DNA of 64,000 bases from the IMG/VR virus record IMGVR_UViG_3300047476_000704, positions 1-64,000 of that record; one strand, written 5' to 3'. Positions 42,475 through 49,283 of the stretch are shown piece by piece; the first letter of the stretch is position 1, and every line of letters starts with the position of its first letter. The position numbers were made by a program, and so were the translations under genes. The DNA is from a virus. The notes under the pieces are model-generated. The model worked only from the letters and a program-made list of their open reading frames with translations. It was not told the origin of the DNA and searched no databases.

Positions 42475-42827
42475 TAGATTTCTTCGGTTTTAGTTTGTGT
42501 TGAATCAGATTTTAATTTAATTTCGGGATATTTTTGGCGAATTTCAACCGAATCTTCAACTGCCCACTTTTGTTTAAGTTTAGCTCTTTTTTCAATATTC
42601 TTCAATTGTTCTTTCTTCTTTTGAATATCTTTTGTTAGTTTTTCAATACGAACATATTTACTTGCATAATCTTCATCGGTGGCATCAATCCACTCAATTT
42701 TTCTTTTAGATTCTTTGATTTCTGCTTTCAAACTTTCAACCAATGGTGCCTCATCACTAAACTTCGGGTCAATAGTTCCACCCAATGTGTTTAGTAAAAG
42801 CATGATAGACATTCCCAATTCTTTCAT
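42474..42827 (-). CDS. Coiled-coil hypothetical protein
   Basis: Follows host-type promoter at 42843-42874. Confidence 0.6.
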   Translation of the reverse strand: MKELGMSIMLLLNTLGGTIDPKFSDEAPLVESLKAEIKESKRKIEWIDATDEDYASKYVRIEKLTKDIQKKKEQLKNIEKRAKLKQKWAVEDSVEIRQKYPEIKLKSDSTQTKTEEI

Positions 42828-42890
42828 ATGAATTATTTTTTACAAATATAAGATATTTTTTTATTATATCCTAATTTTATTTAACTTTTG

Positions 42891-42961
42891 TTACCCGAGC
42901 TGGATTCGAACCAACCCTAACTGCACCAAAAACAGTTGTGCTACCGCTACACCATCGAGCA
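42891..42961 (-). tRNA. tRNA-Gln(TTG)
   Basis: actgt-ttTTGgt-gcagt region; T arm GGTTCGAATCC. Confidence 0.88.
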
Positions 42962-42966
42962 ATTCG

Positions 42967-43040
42967 CAGTTCGTACGGGATTCGAACCCGTGGTCTCCAC
43001 AGTGACAGTGTGGGATGTTGGGCCTCTACACCAACGAACT
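42967..43040 (-). tRNA. tRNA-Asp(GTC)
   Basis: ccaca-ctGTCac-tgtgg. Confidence 0.93.
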
Positions 43041-43045
43041 AAATG

Positions 43046-43106
43046 TGATTACTGATTTGACTCATTTCGAACTTTCGGGGCTCGTATCATTCAATTTCAG
43101 TAATCA
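43046..43106 (-). ncRNA. Candidate small structured RNA
   Basis: 10-bp terminal helix tgattactga/tcagtaatca with an internal hairpin. Confidence 0.45.
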
Positions 43107-43112
43107 ATAATT

Positions 43113-43298
43113 AAAACAAACTTTTTGTACCCGATGTACATCATAACCAATTCGCATTGGTGGTTACATTTTCGCATTTGGGTTAATTACTCCCGACTTA
43201 TAGTAACTCTCTCCTGACCTGTATGACTATTCCGGCTTCAACAGTACCCTTTTGGATTTTATATACCGAGGGGTTACACCTCAGTCTTCGTTTGTTTT
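43113..43298 (-). ncRNA. Candidate ~185-nt structured RNA
   Basis: aaaacaaac/gtttgtttt terminal helix; internal hairpins tgtac/gtaca, taacca/tggtta, gagg/cctc. Confidence 0.55.
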
Positions 43299-43299
43299 G

Positions 43300-43372
43300 A
43301 GCTTCCAGTCGGAATCGAACCAACAACCTCTCGATTACAAATCGAAGGCTCTACCAGTTGAGCTATGGAAGC
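43300..43372 (-). tRNA. tRNA-Thr(TGT)
   Basis: ttcga-ttTGTaa-tcgag. Confidence 0.93.
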
Positions 43373-43782
43373 GTATTATTTCTTTTTTGCAAAGCTATTT
43401 TAGAACCTTTTATACCACCTTCTAACATTCTAGCATAACCTTCTTCTGATATATTTTTTAAACCAAAAGTTGGAGTTTGTGAATGACAATTAGGACACAT
43501 TATTTTTAGGTTTTCATGTCTATTATCTCTTCTATTTCCATTTATATGGTCAATCTGAAATGTTATTGGTTTTCCATTATATTCGGTAATACCACATTCT
43601 TCACATCTTTCACCTCTTATCTTTTTAAGATGAATACCCATACCTTTACTCCAATTAGTATCTAATTGAAACTTTGTTTTAATTCTATCGGCTGCTGAAC
43701 AATCCCACCCACAATACAATCCTTTTGATTGAGATGGCATATATGTTATTTCTTTTCCACAATTTTTACAATTTGATTTCAT
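43363..43782 (-). CDS. HNH endonuclease inside the tRNA array
   Basis: CEECG...QIDHINGNRRDNRHENLKIMCPNCHSQT. Confidence 0.9.
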   Translation of the reverse strand: MKSNCKNCGKEITYMPSQSKGLYCGWDCSAADRIKTKFQLDTNWSKGMGIHLKKIRGERCEECGITEYNGKPITFQIDHINGNRRDNRHENLKIMCPNCHSQTPTFGLKNISEEGYARMLEGGIKGSKIALQKRNNTLP

Positions 43783-43843
43783 AGTATTTTCTTTACTATA
43801 AATATTAGGTTACTAAAAAAAAGTAAAGTAACCTAACCAAATG

Positions 43844-43917
43844 TACTCCGGACGGGACTCGAACCCGTAAGCTTCCACGTGAAAGGCGGATGTCCTAACC
43901 AATTAGACGACCGGAGC
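43844..43917 (-). tRNA. tRNA-Glu(TTC)
   Basis: ccgc-ctTTCac-gtgg; GTCTAATTGGTTAGGAC D arm. Confidence 0.92.
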
Positions 43918-43971
43918 ATTTACAAATATAACTATTTTATTTTTTAATTCCAAACTTTTATGGAATTATTT

Positions 43972-44054
43972 TGGTGGGGGCAGAAAGACTCGAACTTCCG
44001 AACCCGAAGGAGAGCATTTACAGTGCCCCGCAATTGCCGCTATGCGATACCCCC
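43972..44054 (-). tRNA. tRNA-Tyr(GTA), CCA encoded
   Basis: gggca-ctGTAaa-tgctc. Confidence 0.93.
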
Positions 44055-44152
44055 AATTTAGTCTTTTCCTTACCTCTTAATAACCACATTGCCAGTCCGA
44101 TGTTACTATCGGATGCTTACCAAAATCATACTTTGGAGCGATTACTACATTG

Positions 44153-44224
44153 AGCAGGTAGTCAGATTCGAACTGACGTCTCCGGTTTGGAAGACCAGAG
44201 CACTAACCACTGTGCTATACCTGC
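44153..44224 (-). tRNA. tRNA-Gly(TCC), canonical
   Basis: ctggt-ctTCCaa-accgg; U73. Confidence 0.93.
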
Positions 44225-44227
44225 AAA

Positions 44228-44450
44228 TTTCCCCACTTGAGATTCCAGATGAGTAGATATTTATAGTTTTTCCTTTCAAAAACCCAATGCATCTTACTGC
44301 TTAAAAAGTCAACACTACGGGGAGGAGCCGTGTCCCCACTCCTTTATTCCCACGAGAACGGCGTTTTATTAGTTAGGATGTCCGCTCCATTACCCTATCC
44401 ATTGTTAAATGAGTCTTGGATTAAAGACTACCGAGTATCTCTTACTCGTT
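44228..44450 (-). ncRNA. Candidate ~220-nt structured RNA
   Basis: No long ORF; hairpins cgagta/tactcg, agtctt/aagact, gggga/tcccc. Confidence 0.45.
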
Positions 44451-44451
44451 G

Positions 44452-44525
44452 TGGACCAGGTAGGAATCGAACCTACTACCTTCACATTATGAGTGTGCCG
44501 CTCTAACCGAGTGAGCTACAAGTCC
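44452..44525 (-). tRNA. tRNA with CAT anticodon, probably Ile2 (lysidine type)
   Basis: gcaca-ctCATaa-tgtga; body resembles Ile2; assignment inferred. Confidence 0.82.
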
Positions 44526-44580
44526 ATATCGTTTAATCTAACGATAAAATCTAATATCGTTTCTTTCAACGATAAATAAG

Positions 44581-44689
44581 GTGCCGGAGGAGAGATTGGT
44601 TACTCTCACGATGCCCTTCTCGGTTACACCACCACTCTAGAATAGGTACGTCTAATGGTTGTACTTCCCATTTGTTCCGCCACTCCGGC
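44581..44689 (-). ncRNA. Leu-like tRNA-shaped RNA with remodelled D, anticodon and T loops
   Basis: GCCGGAG/CTCCGGC acceptor; TGGCGGAA...AGACG D arm with inserted hairpin; T loop TAACCAAT. Confidence 0.6.
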
Positions 44690-44699
44690 ATATTTCTTT

Positions 44700-44776
44700 T
44701 GGTGGAGAAAGTGGGATTCGAACCCACGACCTCTTGAATGCAAATCAAGCGTTCTAGCCAACTGAACTAAATCCCC
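44700..44776 (-). tRNA. tRNA-Ala(TGC), CCA encoded
   Basis: cttga-ttTGCat-tcaag; G3-U70. Confidence 0.95.
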
Positions 44777-44780
44777 ATTA

Positions 44781-44884
44781 TGTAACGGCTGTGCGGTTTG
44801 TGTCTCATTCACTCCTTTATACGAGCTTCAAAAGTTTCCATTTCATACCTAGCGTCTGTTCCGCCATTCTTTCGAATCGTTACA
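44781..44884 (-). ncRNA. Candidate degenerate tRNA-like RNA
   Basis: TGTAACG/CGTTACA terminal helix; TGGCGGAACAGACGC D-arm-like segment; no T-loop consensus. Confidence 0.4.
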
Positions 44885-44887
44885 TTG

Positions 44888-44971
44888 TACTTCGGACTGG
44901 AATCGAACCAGCACTCTCTTACGAAAACAAGATTTTAAGTCTTGCGGGTCTACCTATTCCCCCACCGAAGC
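44888..44971 (-). tRNA. tRNA-Leu(TAA)
   Basis: caaga-ctTAAaa-tcttg; long variable arm. Confidence 0.93.
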
Positions 44972-44978
44972 AACTTTA

Positions 44979-45010
44979 CAAATATACGAAACTTTTTTCA
45001 TATATCCAAA
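44979..45010 (-). promoter_or_regulatory. Bacteroidota housekeeping-sigma promoter (near-identical copies at 48273, 48513, 48651, 49690; related at 4369, 17936, 37632, 42843, 43923)
   Basis: Minus strand TTTG...N~20...TATATTTG, matching the TTTG / TAnnTTTG consensus. Confidence 0.85.
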
Positions 45011-45033
45011 TGATTTCAACAAAAAGTTTAATG

Positions 45034-45103
45034 TTGCGTGTGTGGGGTTCGAACCCACTTGACTTTCCTTATGAGAGATAGCTCTTTTCCACCAAGCCAC
45101 GCA
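45034..45103 (-). tRNA. tRNA-Met(CAT), atypical D arm
   Basis: ctCATaa loop; gtggg-ttcgaac-cccac T arm. Confidence 0.75.
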
Positions 45104-45109
45104 ATATGG

Positions 45110-45183
45110 GGTGTTTAATGGGATTCGAACCCATACTATCAGTACCACAAACTGATGTGCTAACCATTAACACCATAAACAAC
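45110..45183 (-). tRNA. tRNA-His(GTG)
   Basis: tcagt-ttGTGgt-actga; G-1:C73. Confidence 0.92.
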
Positions 45184-45184
45184 G

Positions 45185-45256
45185 AGGTGAATATTGGATT
45201 CGAACCAATGTAAAAGGTTTTGCAGACCTCCACCTTACCAACTCGGTCAATTCACC
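45185..45256 (-). tRNA. tRNA-Cys(GCA)
   Basis: gaggt-ctGCAaa-acctt; U73. Confidence 0.93.
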
Positions 45257-45262
45257 ATTATG

Positions 45263-45334
45263 TAGTTCCATAGAGACTCGAACTCCAACTTTGACATCCG
45301 TAGTGTCAGGTGCTATCCATTACACCATAGAACC
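45263..45334 (-). tRNA. tRNA-Arg(ACG)
   Basis: tgaca-ctACGga-tgtca. Confidence 0.92.
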
Positions 45335-45338
45335 ATTG

Positions 45339-45409
45339 CACGTCCTGAAAGATTCGAACTTTCATCTGCGGTTTTGGAGACCGATATGCTACCATTGCAC
45401 CAAAGACAT
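45339..45409 (-). tRNA. tRNA-Trp(CCA)
   Basis: cggt-ctCCAaa-accg; G73. Confidence 0.9.
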
Positions 45410-45480
45410 GTATTTTATTTCCAAAGTAAAAAATTACCTTCAAAAAATTTTTCCAACTTCACCCAAAAGTTGAAAAAGTG

Positions 45481-45554
45481 TAGAGAAAATAGGACTCGAA
45501 CCTATAACCTTCTGCGTATCAGGCAAATGCTCTAACCAATTGAGCTATATCTCT
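45481..45554 (-). tRNA. tRNA-Ile(GAT)
   Basis: ttgc-ctGATac-gcag. Confidence 0.92.
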
Positions 45555-45560
45555 ATTCGG

Positions 45561-45633
45561 TAGGGTAAGCAGGACTCGAACCTACAACCTCACGCACCCA
45601 AAACGTGTAATCTAGCCATTGATATACTACCCT
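45561..45633 (-). tRNA. tRNA-Pro(TGG)
   Basis: cacgt-ttTGGgt-gcgtg. Confidence 0.92.
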
Positions 45634-45639
45634 ATATTG

Positions 45640-45712
45640 TGAACCCGTTGGGAATCGAACCCAAAACCCCTACATTAAAAGTGTAGTGCTCTACCAATTG
45701 AGCTACGAGTTC
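45640..45712 (-). tRNA. tRNA-Lys(TTT)
   Basis: ctaca-ctTTTaa-tgtag. Confidence 0.94.
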
Positions 45713-45714
45713 GT

Positions 45715-45791
45715 TGGTGGAGCAGACAGGTATCGAACCTGTTCCTCTGGATTTTCAGTCCAGCGCAATGCACCTCATCTGCCACTACTCC
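45715..45791 (-). tRNA. tRNA-Phe(GAA), CCA encoded
   Basis: ctgga-ctGAAaa-tccag. Confidence 0.93.
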
Positions 45792-45831
45792 TTCTAATCC
45801 GATTTTGATTTGTAGCATCGGGAACTACCTG

Positions 45832-45905
45832 TGTCCATAGTAGGATTCGAACCTACACAATCTGGTTTCTAAAACCAACACGGTTGCCAATTACGTCATA
45901 CGGAC
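45832..45905 (-). tRNA. tRNA with TAG anticodon (Leu) and short variable loop
   Basis: ttggt-ttTAGaa-accag, 5-nt variable loop, canonical T arm. Confidence 0.82.
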
Positions 45906-45913
45906 ATTTATTG

Positions 45914-45986
45914 TAGTGAGTGAGGGACTCGAACCCCCAACATCCGCCATGTAAAGACGGCGCTCTACCAATTGAGCTAACCCACT
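45914..45986 (-). tRNA. tRNA-Val(TAC)
   Basis: ccgtc-ttTACat-ggcgg. Confidence 0.94.
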
Positions 45987-46000
45987 GTTTCACCATTATG

Positions 46001-46010
46001 TCAAAGAACT
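46001..46010 (-). promoter_or_regulatory. boxA-like antitermination element (second copy 48208-48217)
   Basis: Minus strand AGTTCTTTGA in both places. Confidence 0.45.
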
Positions 46011-46018
46011 TATTCTTG

Positions 46019-46090
46019 CGTTGATGGTAGGATTCGAACCTACGACCAATAGATTAACAGTCTACTGCGCTACCACTGCGCCACATCAAC
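46019..46090 (-). tRNA. tRNA-Asn(GTT)
   Basis: gtaga-ctGTTaa-tctat; G73. Confidence 0.94.
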
Positions 46091-46104
46091 TTATTTTTAA
46101 TCAT

Positions 46105-46136
46105 AAAAAAACCCCTAACTTTTTGAGTCAGGGGTT
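46105..46136 (-). terminator. Intrinsic terminator (attenuator) upstream of the tRNA array
   Basis: aacccctgact-caaaa-agttaggggtt 11-bp stem followed by a T-run; ends ~15 nt before tRNA-Asn. Confidence 0.88.
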
Positions 46137-46163
46137 GTTTTAATTTAAGTATGTAGTTTGGTC

Positions 46164-46307
46164 TTATCCCAAGTCTACATCGTTTAATATTGTTGCCCCT
46201 AACTGATTTTCAATTCCTTTCGAACTAAAATCACACACGCGATTGCCTGCCCACATCAAATTTGATGTCGGTTGATAAGCTATCGTATGCAGGTTAAGAG
46301 TTTTCAT
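46164..46307 (-). CDS. 47-aa putative leader peptide MKTLNLHTIAYQPTSNLMWAGNRVCDFSSKGIENQLGATILNDVDLG (not in ORF track)
   Basis: Translated by hand; A-rich sequence before ATG; all 20 amino acids by codon 33; carries a copy of the terminator 3' arm. Confidence 0.75.
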   Translation of the reverse strand: MKTLNLHTIAYQPTSNLMWAGNRVCDFSSKGIENQLGATILNDVDLG

Positions 46308-46350
46308 TTTCTTTTTTCTTTTAATATATATAAGTTTTTTTTATTTTAAG

Positions 46351-46911
46351 TTAAAAATCGTAATATCCTTTTACTTTTGTTATATTACAATCGCTATTCC
46401 AAGATATAATTGTTTTTACTACATCACTATCAACTCTAGGTGCTCTATGTAGAATAAAACTTGGGAATGTTAGAACATCTCCTTCTTTCACATCCATCTC
46501 AATTATTTCATCCTGATTTATTGGATTTAATAATTGTGTTTTTGGAGAACCTTCTGGTAAATCTAAATAATAAACATTAGTCCATTGGCATCCTAAATGA
46601 ACATGCCAACCATGTTCCGAACCTTTGTTGTATTGTTGAAACCAAATATTTCTTATTTTAATTTCATCATACCCAAGCTCATCAAATCTATGTTGTAATA
46701 GATTAGTTATTGGTTGCATTACTGGCTTCAAATAAAGCCGTTCAACTTCCCTACTTACATCCCAATCTGTTCTACTTATATCAGTATAATCATTTGGAAA
46801 TGTATATCTTGTAGATTCACATTCATTTATTAATTTCAATACCTCATCCTTTATTATTTCATGCTCTGGTAATTTGGAGATGATATATGGACATTGTATT
46901 GATTTAATCAT
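46351..46911 (-). CDS. 2OG-Fe(II) oxygenase-like protein
   Basis: WFQQY...HGWHVH...NVYYLD...TFPSFILH...ISWN. Confidence 0.8.
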   Translation of the reverse strand: MIKSIQCPYIISKLPEHEIIKDEVLKLINECESTRYTFPNDYTDISRTDWDVSREVERLYLKPVMQPITNLLQHRFDELGYDEIKIRNIWFQQYNKGSEHGWHVHLGCQWTNVYYLDLPEGSPKTQLLNPINQDEIIEMDVKEGDVLTFPSFILHRAPRVDSDVVKTIISWNSDCNITKVKGYYDF

Positions 46912-46922
46912 AATCTAATTTT

Positions 46923-46995
46923 TGGAGCGGAGGGATGGAATCGAACCACCTCATTGTACTGGAATGTACACATGCTACCGGAACACTTCCTCCGC
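46923..46995 (-). tRNA. Gly-type tRNA with 6-nt anticodon loop, CCA encoded
   Basis: TGTAC-ATTCCA-GTACA; G1-C72, C2-G71, U73. Confidence 0.72.
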
Positions 46996-47204
46996 TTATA
47001 ATTTAGAAAGATTTGTGGGGTGGCTCTTTCTAGTGGAACTAGCTACATTCCGTTTTTACCATTCAACTTTTATTCGTATCGTTGAAGTTATTTTATAGGT
47101 TAAACTCCCCACCTAAAAACTTGGTATTACTTTTTAATCTGATTTGTGGTTAAAGTGTAAAATCAATCTCGTTACCTTCACGCCTATTGAAAACCACTAC
47201 GAAG

Positions 47205-47275
47205 AGCGAAACAAAGGAATTGAACCCCCTCCTTCGACCTGGACGGCCGATGTGCTACCATTACACCAATCTCGC
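47205..47275 (-). tRNA. Gly-type tRNA(TCC) with G33
   Basis: TCGGC-CGTCCAG-GTCGA; U73; G-U-rich T stem. Confidence 0.72.
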
Positions 47276-47284
47276 TTATATTAT

Positions 47285-48120
47285 TACGGATGAGAATACT
47301 CACGTAAACGAACCAGCTTTTGTTGGATTATTGTTTCCCAACTTTTCCACTATCTTTTGGATAGTACCGATTCAATGCGGGTTAGTTAAGCCAACCACTC
47401 ATAAAGTTACAAACTACTCTCTCTTTACTCCGCTTCTTCTACTCTGCCGAACAGATTCACACTTGCGGTGTTAGAAGTTTTTCGAAAGAATCACAGACCT
47501 CTTGCGGAGGTATCGTGGCAGGGAACATCTCCCTACTATGTACGCACCTTTCGTTTGCAACTGGCGAACACTTTTGCTCTTTTTGTTTAAGATTTGCGTC
47601 AAATGCAAAATGAGTTTGGTTTGTAGATGGTTTCAAGTAGTGGTTCACCAACCTGCTCCGTTATCTTTTGAACAACAGAATACTGAACTACTCGATGTGT
47701 TATCCCTAACACCATACTTTAAGTCTGCTTCATAACTCCTACCTTGGTAGGTGAAGAGTAAGGATAATAACGACACCACTCGTACTTTATCTTACCTTTC
47801 GGTTTTAAGCAAACTCTAATATTGAATCACGCAATTGTTGAAAGGGATTAAGTTTCAGTTTCTCGCAATAACTCTATGGATTATTCTTATTGGTGTTCCC
47901 ACCTCAACTGAACTATCTACTTTAGCCCAGTCATTTCACCACCCTCTTTACAGTGTTACCCTCAATACTAAAGGTGAAATGATATTCCACTTGCCTACTC
48001 AAGCTCCTTTCGAAGCCGCAAATCACTTAAACCAAATGATTCACTTTATCCTACTTTCGTAGTTTATTTCACGACCATAGGCGGCCGATGTACACTATGT
48101 AGAACTAGTCTACTATGTGC
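47285..48120 (-). ncRNA. Large ornate ncRNA, GOLLD-like (~830 nt; ends approximate)
   Basis: No credible ORF, higher GC than flanks, many hairpins (three GAAA tetraloops, two CGCAA loops), embedded among tRNAs. Confidence 0.62.
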
Positions 48121-48321
48121 TAATGCTTTTAATAATAATTGAAATGTTGTACATTTTACGGGCGTCTTATTTACAATTAGTCTACTATCCCACAATTATT
48201 ATATTTCTCAAAGAACTTTTTATTTGAGTTACCGAGTATCTTTCATCACCTATTGGTCTCAAATCTATAATACAAATATACGAAACTTTTTCCATATATC
48301 AAAATTATTTTTACTTTTTTT

Positions 48322-48502
48322 TAAGATTGGTTGTCTCCGGCTTTTTAACCCCCCGCGTTTGGAAAGATATTCACACATTCGGTTTTATTAGATGTTGGCT
48401 TCAACAACCATTCTTAAATATTGGATGAGTAGTGGGATGGTATTTCTACCTCTCGGGTCCTCTTAACACCGGACTTCTCCACACCGGCATACTAACCTCA
48501 TT
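48322..48502 (-). ncRNA. One or two candidate small structured RNAs behind their own promoter (48513-48543)
   Basis: atgag/ctcat and ggttgt/acaacc closing helices; ggta-GAAA-tacc hairpin. Confidence 0.4.
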
Positions 48503-48562
48503 TTCAACATTACAAATATACGAAACTTTTTTCATATATCAAAGTCTTTTTAACTTTTTTTT

Positions 48563-48637
48563 TGGTTGCGGGAGACAGAATCGAACTATCGTAGACCTGG
48601 CTTATGAGACCGGTGGGAAACCAACATCCTCCCCGCG
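48563..48637 (-). tRNA. Initiator-type tRNA-fMet(CAT), CCA encoded
   Basis: CGCGGGG 5' end with C1:A72 mismatch; ctCATaa loop. Confidence 0.85.
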
Positions 48638-48689
48638 ATTTATTATGATACAAATATACGAAACTTTTTTCATATATCCAAATGATTTC

Positions 48690-49232
48690 TCATTTATTTT
48701 TTACGATATTAAAAAACTCAAATACATCTTCTTCTAGCATATTACTTTTTAAGTTGTTAGCTGTAAGACTTATGAATTGAATATTATCAATTGTATATGG
48801 TTTTGATGAATCAATTCTATCAATAGATGCTTTGTAATTACTTGATATGGTTTTATATTTTGGTTGATATTGTAATACTAAATCTACATTTGTAAGTTTA
48901 CATTTACCATTTTGATAATTCCATATTTCAACTAATTTATCTAAATCCAATTCATATACAAATTTAGATTTCCTAGCTCTAACTCTTTTAGCAAAATCTC
49001 GCATAGATGATTTGATTTTCTGCTCTTCTGTGATGAGTTTGTTTTCACCACCTTTGAAATGATATGGATTTGCAGATAGTTTTATCATTTCAATATTACC
49101 ATCTCTATTACCAGAACATTTTAGACTACAATAAAAATCGGTCTTTCCCAATTTTATTCTTCTGTTGTATTCGTTTTTTGGTTTTTCAAAATCAACATTA
49201 CATATTTTGCATTTTACTTTTATCGTTTTCAT
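48690..49232 (-). CDS. His-Me finger/HNH-like homing endonuclease (start reassigned to MKTIK)
   Basis: CKIC...YCSLKC; QNGKCKLTN; ASIDRIDSSKPYTIDNIQFI. Confidence 0.8.
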   Translation of the reverse strand: MKTIKVKCKICNVDFEKPKNEYNRRIKLGKTDFYCSLKCSGNRDGNIEMIKLSANPYHFKGGENKLITEEQKIKSSMRDFAKRVRARKSKFVYELDLDKLVEIWNYQNGKCKLTNVDLVLQYQPKYKTISSNYKASIDRIDSSKPYTIDNIQFISLTANNLKSNMLEEDVFEFFNIVKNK

Positions 49233-49283
49233 ATCCACTATATGTTTGTATATAAATATAGTGGAGATGAAGAAAACGAATAG

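Noticed and set aside
43046-43106. Hammerhead ribozyme
   Set aside because: Has a stem-GAAA element but lacks CUGANGA and the stem III/UH geometry
44581-44689. Amber suppressor tRNA or TAG recoding
   Set aside because: The CTA register gives only 3 of 5 stem pairs, the T loop is non-canonical, and long genes are intact under the standard code with TAG used as a stop
48322-48480. RNase P RNA (GGAGAAGTCCGG resembles GAGGAAAGTCC)
   Set aside because: No downstream CCGGCTT partner for P4 on the same strand, and the region is too short
43971-48737. Short ORFs overlapping the tRNA and large-RNA region (e.g. 44566, 44624, 44954, 47187, 47457, 47502, 47835, 48432)
   Set aside because: They overlap tRNA cloverleaves or dense RNA helices and look like chance frames in GC-richer sequence
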